NCBI RefSeq assembly: GCF_006345805.1
Contig: NC_043008.1
Span: 8,246,001-8,310,000 of the forward strand
Origin: Octopus sinensis
Taxonomy: Eukaryota
DNA: 64,000 bases
Reading direction: 5' to 3'
This document shows positions 51,541-64,000 of this stretch, piece after piece. How positions within the stretch are numbered: position 1 is the first letter of the stretch; each line of letters starts with the position of its first letter. A program made the position numbers and the translations under genes. The notes under the pieces were generated by a model, which was not told where the DNA came from, ran no database searches, and was given only the letters and a program-made list of their open reading frames with translations.

Positions 51541-51948
51541 GCAGGAGTGGCTGTGTGGTAAGTAGCTTGATAACCAACCACATGGTCCCGGGTTCAGTCC
51601 CACTGCGTGGCACCTTGGGCAAGTGTCTTCTGCTGTAGCCCCGGGTCGACCAATGCCCTGTGAGTGGATTTGGTAGACGGAAACTGAATGACGCCTGTCG
51701 TATATATGTATATATATATATGTATGTGTGTGTATATGTTTGTGTGTCTGTGTTTGTCCCCCTAGCATTGCTTGACAACTGATGCTGGTGTGTTTACGTC
51801 CCCGTTACTTAGCGGTTCGGCAAAAGAGACCGATAGAATAAGTACTGGGCTTACAAAGAATAAGTCCCGGGTCGAGTTGCTCGATTAAAGGCGGTGCTCC
51901 AGCATGGCTGAAGTTAAATGACTGAAACAAGTAAAAGAGTAAAAGAGT
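51541..51948 (+). mobile_element. Full-length SINE family B with 12-bp TSD
   Basis: ATAATCATGCAG at 51533-51544 and 51949-51960 (last 4 nt overlap the SINE 5' end); tail (GTAAAAGA)2. Confidence 0.92.
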
Positions 51949-52386
51949 ATAATCATGCAGTGATAAATGCTACTCAGTTTTAAATCTGAGTTGATTTCTT
52001 ATAAGAAAGAGATTTATACCTTTTCGATCAAAGAAGACATAACTATGATTTTCCCTTTCTTTTCCATTTCTTCCACCCCGCTATTTTTGCATTCACCATC
52101 CTCTCGGGTTTTCTCGTCATTACGCTTCATGTATTTCTCTGATTTTAACTAGTATAGGCTTCTGCGAAGAGCCCGACGATTGCTTCAAGGCACAAGGTCT
52201 GTTATTAAAATCTGCCTAGAATGGAACAATCTGCTTTCAACGTAAGGAGCTATTAGTGGTTCAAAACTATATAATGTGTACACTAACTAATATATGAAAT
52301 GCACACACACATGTGTATGTATATATCTATCTTTCTGTATACACACACACACACACACTCACACACACATATATATATATATAAAT

Positions 52387-52908
52387 ATTCAAATTATTAC
52401 ATTATATAAAAGGGCTTAGTAAAATAAATTACTTTGCCGCATACTGAACTCATTAGAAATAGCAGCTAAAAAACTTTTTTAAGGCTATTTCTAATACTTA
52501 AAGAAAATCTCTCTCATATATAGTGTTTGCTTAATTCAACTCACAAAAGTTTGGGGGTAAGGACATCGAAAAATCAAATGCTAAGGTTATTCGAGAACGT
52601 ACGTTTCAAGATTAGTCAAAACAACATTTCTATCATCGGCTCAGGAATTTCTGAGCCGATGATAGAAATGTTGTTTTGACTAATCTTGAAACGTACGTTC
52701 TCGAATAACCTTAGCATTTGATTTTTCGATGTCCTTACCCACAAACTTTTGTGAGTTGAATTAAGCAAACACTATATATGAGAGAGATTTTCTTTAAGTA
52801 TTAGAAATAGCCTTAAAAAAGTTTTTTAGCTGCTATTTCTAATGAGTTCAGTATGCGGCAAAGTAATTTATTTTACTAAGCCCTTTTATATAATGTAATA
52901 ATTTGAAT
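52387..52908. repeat. 522-bp near-perfect palindrome (258-bp arms, 6-nt spacer, 1 mismatch)
   Basis: 52387-52644 is the reverse complement of 52651-52908; spacer GAATTT; only mismatch at 52554/52741. Confidence 0.97.
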
Positions 52909-53573
52909 TCGCCTTGAATGGTCCCTTTGCATACTGAACACTTGGTGAAATTGATTAATAATTAATTAATTTTGCCCTCAATTGTTGAAATATATATATA
53001 AATATATATCCATACATATATGTATGTATGTGCGTGTGTATGTATACATTTTTAGAGAGAATGAGGTACATAATATGTCCAATTTAGATTCTAATTTCTT
53101 GTCTTCAGTAATATCTTTTAAAATGAACGTTAAAAGAATTCTCAAGGTATCCGGGACACGTAAGTAGCGATTTATCAAAACGAGCATGGGTAGATTAAAT
53201 TCTGGGGGACACATTTTCTGTGAGATTGATTTATCTCTCCATTCACGTATTCCTGTAAATTAAATGTGTCTATGAATGATAGAGAGCTGTTCAGGTGGTT
53301 ATTGCATAGTTAGAATATTAGAATTCAAATAAATATAATGAGCTGTTGTGATGTGAAAATAATTGCACACACTCTGATAATATCTGATGACATTTTCTCA
53401 GCAAGAAATAATTAAAAACAGTGGTAAGAAGCGTATCAAAATTGAAATATAGATCTAATAATATATTATTGTACTGAAAAACCTTCTGTTTTCTAGACAC
53501 GTGAATATACATAGATACAAACATACAAACATACATACATATATACATACATGCATACATACATATATATATG

Positions 53574-53625
<52 letters not shown>

Positions 53626-53894
53626 ATATATATGTATATGCAACAATATTCTAGTGATGATGAATTTCCGATAAATAATGTTTGCAAGTCTAATGAGCAA
53701 TCATATCACATAGCCGTCAGTTCGCTAGCTTTACACTAAATTATAATTTTGTTATTATTAATGGCAAGAGGAAAATGGAGGCTAAAATACATTGAATATC
53801 CGCGAGTGTTTATCTGCATGTATTTATATATACTGATGCACACCTAAGAACATATGAATATCTATATGTGTGTGTATATATATATATACGTGTG

Positions 53895-53971
<77 letters not shown>

Positions 53972-53977
<6 letters not shown>

Positions 53978-54500
53978 TGAGAAGCTTGGTTCCCAGCCTC
54001 ATTATTCCGGGCAAATGTATTCTACTATAGCCTCGGGCCGACCAAAGTTTGGAGAGTGGATTTGGTAGACGGAAACTGTAAAAAGCTCGTCGGCGTTAAA
54101 TCTACAAATTGCTTTTTATTGTCTCACTGTTTATTTCCTCCTGTTCCTTTCTGTTGAAGAGCCTAGGCTCGAAACGTAAAAGACTTTGTCACCATTCCGA
54201 CCGTGAAATCAATACACCTGTTTGCTGTTTATACTCCTGTCTTCGTCTGTAAATTTCAACTATGCATGTGTGTGTTTTTATATCTGTCTATCGGTGTTTG
54301 TCCCACATCCATTACTTGGCATCCGATGCTGGTGAGTTTATGTACCTCTAATCTAGGGATTCGCCCAAAGTGACCGATAAAATAAATATTTACGAAGAAT
54401 AAACCGTTGGCTCGATTTCATCGACTAAAAACCTTTAAAGCGGTGCTCTAGCATGGTCGCAGTCCTATGACTGAACCAAGTGAAAGAATGGAAGAAGAAT
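53972..54500 (+). mobile_element. Old SINE family B split by an H1 repeat insertion (about 54100-54262)
   Basis: 5' half ...CTATAGCCTCGGGCCGACC...GATTTGGTAGACGGAAACTG; 3' half GATGCTGGTG...GCGGTGCTCTAGCATGG...GACTGAACCAAG. Confidence 0.7.
54147..54182 (+). ncRNA. Minimal hammerhead-like motif, CUGUUGA core, GUA triplet
   Basis: CTTT-CTGTTGA-A-GAGC-CTAG-GCTC-GAAAC-GTA-AAAG. Confidence 0.5.
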
Positions 54501-56341
54501 ATTATATAGATGTAGAATAAATCAACGGTAGCACATTCTTCTTAAAGCGAAAAAAAATCTACGAAGATTGTAGGACATAGAACTATCAGCAGAGTTTATG
54601 GCAACTGTAATTTTTATCATAAGACCCGAGTTATATCTCGCTGCGATGTTCAGGTAAGAAATGTTTATTATGAGAGCACATGCTTTATTTTTTCTTTGTT
54701 TAATTAACTAATTTCATCAAGGATTTTTATATTGTATTTGCAAATATTTTTTTGATTGAAGTTAAAAGAATCGTGCACTCTTTCACTGTAAAAGCATCTT
54801 CAAGTTTGAGTAATTCTTGTAATTTAAGTTTCAATAATTCTCAAATTATAGGTTTATTTAAATCAGAAGAGTACCACCAACATGAATCCTTTATATTTAA
54901 TGCCGCATCGAAAAATCTGATGCTGTAGTCAAAAGCATGCGATGATAAGCAAACGGTTAATAATATGAAGATTTGGTTGAAATCTCACATTTGTCAAGCA
55001 AAATTCAAATAAAGACGAATTCATCAAATTGATTATGTTCTTAAAATTTATAAATGCATATTACGTTTAGGTAAGAATGGATTGTGATGCTTAACCAAGG
55101 ATCAGATTATTAGCTCACTAGTATGAGCCTAATTCACTTCAACTTATGACGGGTGACGGGGGACATACCAAGAATTTATTCGTATTTATTTTGAACGACG
55201 GAAGCAATATTAGTATTGAATAACATCCTGTATGACTTACCAAGATAGACACGCTATAAGAACACAAGAATACTGTGGGCTTTCGTCATGGGGACCCATC
55301 TAGTATAAACATATAATGCTAATTATATGAGTATCGGATGAAAAGCGTCTCTAGCGATACTTCTATGGGTTTTAGCTTTGTGCAACTCGAGAAGATGCCT
55401 TCTCCAGATAAATACTGCTCTTTCTTACAACATATGCACGTTAACTAATATATATAAAGCACTCTTCTGAATTAATACTACTTCTGCCGCAAGTAAACGA
55501 ATTCCTATTTATTCTCAAACCAATTTAAGTTAACTTCAAATTGTCATAAAAGAACGCACAACATGAATAATTGAAATTAAATTTTCTTTCTAAATGTACA
55601 TTTGATATAAAGCAAATATTTATGCATACCAATTCTATGAATCATAGGTGCCCTTCTACTAAAAAATTTCATTAATTAAATAGGATCTGATATTCACAAG
55701 ATTTATGAGTTTCGATAAAATTCACGACTTTATAATTAGAATTGCGAAAATTTAACAACCCACTTCTTATACGCATTCTCAACTAACATCGATGTACATG
55801 CACGCGCATATATATATAAACACCATCACGCACGCATATCTGTGAGAGTGTAGACATCTACGAGTGTGCAAACACACAGACAGGAACATACATAAATATG
55901 CTATTTAAGGAAACTATAATTATGTAAAAAGACGAATAAATTCTCGAAAGTAAACACTGAAATACATGGGAGAAACTGATTCATTAGCATCAGGAATTAT
56001 ACCAGAATCGAAGTTAAAATAAAGCTCGGTAAATTAATTTCCGTTCGAAACGTAGAAATGTAATTTGTCCGTATCCAATAAGCAATTGGAGAGTTTAGAA
56101 CGGATTGTACTTATGGCACTGGAAAGGCAAATGAAGAATATAGCACTCTCTTACCTGTAATCAACGAAATCAGCACACCTACTTATAGGTCATTAAATGA
56201 TGCGATAGTTACAACATCGAATATATACCAATGACCTATAATTTTCTGGCATCGGATCAGCTGCAGGAATTCCTCAGAAATCGAAAATTTGGCACCATAT
56301 CTTGGTGGATGGGGAAAATCTTTTCATTAACATGCCAGGGA

Positions 56342-56344
56342 TAT

Positions 56345-56376
<32 letters not shown>

Positions 56377-56454
56377 CGCGCGAGAGAGTGAGAGAGACAG
56401 AGAGAGAGATATGCATATATATATATATTATATATATATATATATATAATATAT

Positions 56455-56525
<71 letters not shown>

Positions 56526-56590
56526 CATATATATATATACACCCCACGCGCGCGCGCACTCACACGCACACACACACACACACACACAAC
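56342..56590. repeat. (TA)/(GA)/(GATA)/(CA) compound microsatellite
   Basis: Directly visible. Confidence 0.95.
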
Positions 56591-58943
56591 TATATATAGG
56601 CAAATTTGTTGTCGAAAATACACCTAAAATCGAAAAACGTGTAATTGTTATTAAATGAATGTATTTCCATATATAGAAAACTATAATAATATTTTTTAGT
56701 TTATCAATGGTAAAAATTTAAAATTATGAATTAAAAAAAACATGCTTAAAATTTTGAACGTTTACAGGTTTCAATAAAAGGAAATATGTTTTAATTGTTC
56801 ATAACATTCAATAGTATAAAATATGTCGATCATATTGTTTAACTCCACAAGATTCAATAGTGTTAGTAGTGATTGATAACAGAAGGTGGATCATCAAATT
56901 TTCGGTCATAATGAGTGAAGAGAGAAAAGAATACGATAAAAATTAAGATAATAAAAAAGTTTCTGTGATTCTGTATCCGTCTTGTGCGGGGACTTTCACT
57001 TGTAAGGGCACGTTATGTGTAATCCGGTGTATCTATATTTTTTTCCGCCCAAAAGAATCACTTCGAAATTTCGTTTCGAAATAAAAAGGATCGACTAATA
57101 GTAGATAAAACTGTCAATAATGGTGGTACCTAAAACGCTAAAATGTCTTTAAATACATATCCCAAATAACGCTTCAGAAAGCAGAGTACCTTGCCAACAT
57201 TTGATTATATTATTAGAATATTTCTTTTAGCATTTATGTATTATTTTTCCTCTTAGAATACTGCCTTGTTTGTCTCACCTGCCCTTGATTGCTTTCAGAA
57301 TCTTAAGCCATCTTTCCCTATGTAGTTTCGTATTGCTTTAACGAGATGTTTCTCATGTAATTGAAACTGTTTTGAATTTGACGTCTGCCGTTGAATTACA
57401 AGCGCGTTCCACATTTCAAAGAAGTTCATTTTAGGCCATCATTCAATCAGTATGTAGGACTTATACATAGGAACTTAAATTAAGAAGTTTATACATTAGT
57501 GTAAATATAAAACATATGGGCATTATTCAAAATATAGAGTGAACTTTTATAGCAATAAACACAGAATCCAACTTAGACGAGGTTTCATGCCATGAAATGA
57601 ATGGAACCTCACAATCGAGCCTTCACTATGAGGAAATAATCATTCCTTTATCCTTGTGAATGGATGAAAAGCATCCGTACATATATTCGCAGGGCTTTGC
57701 AGTATTTTGTGATTTATAATACAAATTGCGCCAGAAAGCCACAGTTATCGAACATCAACAAAAGGCAAGCTTTTTCATCTGAATATAAAAGGATTTCAGC
57801 TTCTTCTTAAATATTATCTTCTCGGATGATTGAAGATTTCTTTTCCTTCTCAGAGATCCATAATCGGTGAGCAATAAGTATACATACGAGTTCAAAGAAT
57901 ATTTTCCACAGCAAAAAAGGTCACATTGACTTGTAATGATTTAAAAGTAATATGTTAGAGTAACATTCAGTGTTTTGGGCTTTGTATTTCTACAATGGAT
58001 GTCATTGCTCAATATTAAAGGAATACCTCTACTTTTGATTACGACTGTAATCAACAATATATTACAATTTCTGCTCGTTTTACTAAATGGATCAAAAATT
58101 CAACATAGGGAGGTGCTTTTGGTGTAGATTTTTTCCTAGAGCTTATGATTAACAAAGAGCTGTGATTATGACAGGGGAGATTTCAGTAATACAATCTCGG
58201 TTAATTAAAGATTAGAGTTAAAGATGCAAATTAGAATTACTGCCTGCTTTATGTTAACTGTTAATCTGTATAGTGAAATACTAATACAACGGTAATTAAA
58301 GTATTTCAAGAACAATGGAATATCATATTTCGATATAGAACTCTAATCCTCGCATGAATCAGTATAAAGCAGATTATTCGATATTTGTGAAGTTTCGGAT
58401 CTGCTATAATCTTTGTTAACGCTCATCCGATATTAATACCGTCTACTTTATCAAAGCTCATATATTGATTGTTTTACCTGCACTCCTTAAGAAATTGACA
58501 TTCATTATACAACTATTAAAAGAGATAGTGCTAATTACTATTGTCTAAATATAATATTCATTAATATACGCCATAGCTGTTTCAATAATCAAAGTGCTTG
58601 CGTCCATTATTCTTTAATGAAAGAAATAGACGTAACATACCGCAATCACAAGATATGTCATTAAGGTGAAATTCTAGAATCGGTCTAAACATCTACACCT
58701 ATTTGTCCTCGTATGTACACCTCTTGGTCTATATACACCAACACGTCTATATAGTAAAAATATTAGACTATTAGTCTGATTATAGTTTTAGTTTCTCTAC
58801 ATCTCCTCATTCTGTGAAAATGTGTTACCGCTTGGCAACACATGAGATACAAAAGTTAAATGCCACATGCGCCAGAAAGGAACACTGGCCGACATCCTTC
58901 ATACATAACACTGAAGTTTTCAGTGGATCTTGCAAGTACAGTT

Positions 58944-58990
<47 letters not shown>

Positions 58991-58992
<2 letters not shown>

Positions 58993-59371
58993 CGCAGGAG
59001 TGGCTGTGTGGTAAGTAGCTTGCTTACCAACCACATGGTTCCGGGTTCAGTCCCACTGCGTGGCATCTTGGGCAAGGGTCGTCTACTATAGCCACGGGCC
59101 AACCAAAGCCTTGTGAGTGGATTTGGTAGACAGAAACTGAAAGAAGCCCGTCGTATATACGTATGTATATATATATGTGTGTGTATGTTTGTGTATGTTT
59201 GCTTGACAACCGATGCTGGTGTGTTTACGTCCCCGTCACTTAGCGGTTCGGCAAAAAGAGACCGATAGAATAAGTACTGGGCTTACAAAGAATAAGTCCT
59301 GGGGTGGATTTGCTCGACTAAAGGCGGTGCTCCAGCATGGCCGCAGGCAAATGACTGAAACAAGTAAAAGA

Positions 59372-59372
<1 letters not shown>
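58991..59372 (+). mobile_element. SINE family B, copy 1 of tandem pair
   Basis: Full head GGCGCAGGAGTGGCTGTGTGG through tail AAGTAAAAGAG; flanked by (TA)n. Confidence 0.95.
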
Positions 59373-59430
<58 letters not shown>

Positions 59431-59441
59431 ATATATATATA

Positions 59442-59822
59442 GGCGCAGGAGTGGCTGTGTGGTAAGTAGCTTGCTTACCAACCACATGGTTCCGGGTTCA
59501 GTCCCACTGCGTGGCATCTTGGGCAAGGGTCGTCTACTATAGCCACGAGCCAACCAAAGCCTTGTGAGTGGATTTGGTAGACAGAAACTGAAAGAAGCCC
59601 GTCGTATATATGTATGTATATATATATGTGTGTGTATGTTTGTGTATGTTTGCTTGACAACCGATGCTGGTGTGTTTACGTCCCCGTCACTTAGCGGTTC
59701 GGCAAAAAGAGACCGATAGAATAAGTACTGGGCTTACAAAGAATAAGTCCTGGGGTGGATTTGCTCGACTAAAGGCGGTGCTCCAGCATGGCCGCAGGCA
59801 AATGACTGAAACAAGTAAAAGA

Positions 59823-59823
<1 letters not shown>
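59442..59823 (+). mobile_element. SINE family B, copy 2 of tandem pair
   Basis: Offset 451 bp from copy 1; two substitutions seen. Confidence 0.95.
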
Positions 59824-59869
<46 letters not shown>

Positions 59870-60045
59870 CCTACGAATATCTCTTATTTAAGCATGCATG
59901 AATTGCAATTCTTTTGTTTAATGTTCATTATACAAGTGAGTAAAGACATATAGCATCTACCCGCCTAATCACGAGTCCTTCAAAACTGTGAGAATGCTGG
60001 GTTCTAATATGGAGTTACATGATCTCAATGAAGATGGACTGGTAA

Positions 60046-60081
<36 letters not shown>

Positions 60082-63000
60082 ATGAGAGAGAGAGTGAGAG
60101 AAAGAGAGAGATACTGTCTGTGTGTGTTTCTGTGTATGTGTATATGCGTGTTTGTGTGCGTGTATAAATATATACAGAAAAATGATAATATATATGATTT
60201 TATATCTCTAGTTATATGCATACCTGAATAAGTAAATACAGAGATGGAGCGACCGACCGATCTAGCGATAGATAAATACAGGGAAGGAAGTTATTGAAGC
60301 TCATAAATATTTAGTCACATCTGTGTACGTTTGCAATTGTGTATACGATATTGCATCAACGGTTCGTATTCTATATATTAAATTGTATTCATAATTGCTT
60401 TCAGATACCTTCTACGCAAATCAAAATAACATCATGAAATATACTCTACCTTTCACACAGAATTAATGGATGTGCACCCGATATGTATGTTTCTGCATGA
60501 TACAGACTAGTTAAATTCAGTAAGTGATTTGATATTTCCATCTATACTAACTGCAACATAACAGTCTGTGAGGCTCACACGCCAAGGACAAATTATGGAA
60601 AATGTTAACCGATGAAGCAATTATTCCCTGATATTTATACTATGGGAGACTCGTGATGGATTCTATTTGAAAAGCCAATTATAAGGCATCAGCAAAAATA
60701 CAATAGATTCAAATGCATAGCATATTTGGATTGTTTGATGTTTGCATGTATCGAATTAAAAAAAAATAAAATAAAATCTACAGAGCAGAATTGCCATGAT
60801 ATTCTATTATCAATGCTAATTGCTGTTTCCGTATAAACGTGCATCGAAATTTATGTGAGGACCTCGGTTAATCAATAATGCTATAAACGTACATACGTAT
60901 CACGGTAAGAAAAAAATATACATTGTAATTTGGTATAAGACAAATAATTAGGCAAAAGTGTTGTACTTATGTTGATTGACTGTTACCTCAATTGTGTTTC
61001 TTTTGAACTGAGAAAGAATTATATCTAATTCATCGATGCATATTTCACTTCCATCGCTTTAAATTAAGAGAAAATGGCAGACCATCCAATCTAAGGGATT
61101 TTCCCATGAGAAGTTACCATCACTTCCCTAATTTTTGCCGCTGTTATCAGACTTTAATAACACTTCAGCCTCTATTGAGGAGTGACGTGAAGATCCGTCG
61201 AGGTAGGTGTGAAATCCTCTTAGTTTCCCGGCAAACAACTCGTCAGGGACATTCGTTCAAAACGCCTCTGAAATCCTGAAAAATTCTACATTAAATCAAG
61301 TAAACTCCACCTATTTTTGGGACCATGAACAAACGAACTGTGGTTTTGTTGGGACGGTACACTCGGGCCATCATTCATATTTCGTCCTCTTTTGTCTTAA
61401 ATCACGGACTTTAGCGCTGAAAAACGGACATCTGTGCCTCCGATTATTGGTTTGTTGGAACCCAATTTCAAGATGAGTTCGTCGTTTGCGACGGCTTTTC
61501 TAAGCGCCTCCTCTATGTTTTTCTACTCTATGCATTTTTATAGTTTCCATCTTAGTAAACCTTAACGATTTTATCTTAATCGATATATCGAAGGTGAATC
61601 CTCATTTGTTGTTGACGACCACCCTCGTCAATACCAGCTTAAAAAATTCTTCAATCGATTCTCTGTAATCTTGGTGCTTTGGAAGTGTAGAGTTCAGCTT
61701 TCAGTAAACGCCACCCTGCCTATGACGTCTGTTTCTGATCGAACTTACAGCTCATAAATTTGTGATGTCTGTATCCTACGATTTTCATATCTGAAAGGCC
61801 TGTGATGTGTTTATTTACTGACCTGTACAGATATAATTTGATTAACCTGATGTAGTTCGTCAATTACATACTGGAACAATCGAACAGCCACGTAAAATCG
61901 CTAACAGACATTCCTATATATTTATGATTTTCTCACTAACAACCATATTACTAAATCTAAACAACTGTCTTACAATATGACATTGCGCGAAAAAACGGAG
62001 TATATTTAATACGAATAATTATGGAAACTAATACGAAGATTGAATTTCAAGCTCCATGTTAACTAGTTGATATTGTTAAGCGATTCAGTAACGGACAGAA
62101 GAGATTATGGCTTTTTGAAAGCAACAATATTCTTTTATATTCATAATTGTGGTGTTGGTATCGTTCAAAATGATGCTGATATTTAGCCAAAATTCACAAG
62201 AGTTTTATTTGACTCGCATATCACGAAATGCATTTCAAACAAACCCTAAAACTTTATATCAAATATATTGTTAGTATATTTTGGAGCTTACTAGTTATTC
62301 AGCAGCACTTTCCAACTTGTGATTACACAGCTACATTCAACCCAACCTTGTGTTACTCACATTTTTGGAAACTCACAGTTAAATGTAAATCTAGGGTTAG
62401 TCGCAGAACACGTTATATGGAACTCGAATGCTTCTTCCTCTTTAGAATAAAGAATACATTACTTGAATTCTTTATTGCCTAACCATCTGTGTCACACACA
62501 TTTTTCCCTAATCTCATAGACAACCATTTGGTTATGCTACGTGAGTATATTATAATTAACTAACTGTTAATCGTTTGTCCCATGTTATGATGCATACCTT
62601 CCTGAAACGGCATTTGCATAAATACGGAAATAAACAACGAATGTTACACATAATATTATATAAAGTTTTCAGATACTTGTCTCTAATAAACTGAGAACAA
62701 GATAGAAATTTGTTTAGCATAATTCTGAACACCAAATTGTATATTCATGAAATACTGTTCACAGTTTGATGTGGGCAAATTAACAGCATAGCTTGCAAAT
62801 TTGTCTATTTTATATTTCACTAATGTAGATCAATATACACTATGAACACAGTTGACTAAATGTATTTCAGATTAAATATTAACTATCTTATATAATATTT
62901 GAAATGAAGAAGTGAATACATAGAAATCCTCCGGAAATATCAATTTTCATATACGACGTATAACAAAATCAACGATAAATAAATATTAAATGAAAAATGT

Positions 63001-63134
63001 GTTCATAACATACGAATATATATATATATACAGATGTTATTATATACTAAACACCTCAATGGTAAATTCCTCTGCAATTCTATGTACATTCTAGTAATCA
63101 ATACAACTCCTGTAATTCAATTTCAGAATATGCA

Positions 63135-63135
63135 T

Positions 63136-63210
<75 letters not shown>

Positions 63211-63290
63211 TATCAAAATATATACACTTGGTGACGTAAAATTATATGTATATGAAGAAGGATATATATGTGTGTGTTTGTGCATATGTA

Positions 63291-63331
<41 letters not shown>

Positions 63332-63447
63332 TATATAAAGGAGAGAGAGAGAGGAAAGAGATAGTGATTTATACATATTTGTATGCGTATTTATATATAT
63401 CTGTTTGCATACACATGAGTATTTATGATTTTGTGTGTCTCTGTATA

Positions 63448-63491
<44 letters not shown>

Positions 63492-63500
63492 TATATGCGT
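63135..63500. repeat. (TA)n-rich compound microsatellite region
   Basis: Directly visible. Confidence 0.9.
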
Positions 63501-64000
63501 ATTTGTATTTGTTTGCATGCATAGGTCTATTTGTGTTTATACATATAAGTAGTATATGCATTGGTATGTGTATGTCTTCAGTATGTGTGTGTAATTCTGC
63601 CTGCTTAATGTACGTTTGAAGGAATGTATGTATGAAGGAATTTCTATAATTTATGACTTTAATTCCATACTCCATTGTACATGAGTATATAGAAGCATGG
63701 GACTAACATACGGGTATTAGCCTTTATACAGTGCACGATTTATTTCATTTTAATCAAGTACATTTGAAGATATTTTATTGATTCAATGGGTCCTGAAAAA
63801 CAAACCATCTCGAAATATGTAAGTTGATGAGAATGTGACGTTGTATGTGATAAATCAGATGATAATTTTCGACTCATCAAATAGATTTATGCAATATCCT
63901 CTGTGAATAACACTGTTGGTATTGTTTGTACAACATATTTCCACAGATACAAGGAATGAAACCACAAATTCATGAGTATCCATTTCTACATAATTCTTTT

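Noticed and set aside
61050-61830. Possible decayed Tc1/mariner transposase on the minus strand
   Set aside because: Only vague motif resemblance; needs an HMM search.

Overview
AT-rich, microsatellite-saturated metazoan intergenic or intronic DNA. The tRNA-derived SINE families, (AAT)n-tailed retroelements and dense (TA)n/(GATA)n tracts match what I recall of Octopus genomes; the species is an inference. No host protein-coding gene can be supported: most ORFs in the track are microsatellite read-throughs or antisense frames of decayed transposons. Read by eye, the window holds three tRNA-headed SINE families (A, B, C; three insertions with 12-15 bp TSDs), many decayed R4/Dong-like RLE LINE fragments (including a head-to-tail stack of four 3' ends joined by (AAT)n), two Penelope-like remnants, maT (DD37D-spaced) and mariner transposase pseudogenes, and MITEs (one carrying (TTAGGG)3). 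Highlights: (1) a Penelope-like 3' end whose terminal region has a 73-nt tRNA-like cassette followed by a minimal hammerhead ribozyme with an intact CUGAUGA/GAAAC/GUC core (33055-33241, minus); (2) short dispersed repeats carrying minimal hammerhead-like motifs, several with a CUGUUGA core variant; (3) a 522-bp palindrome with 258-bp arms and one mismatch; (4) the (AAT)n retroelement stack. All family assignments come from motif recognition, not database searches.
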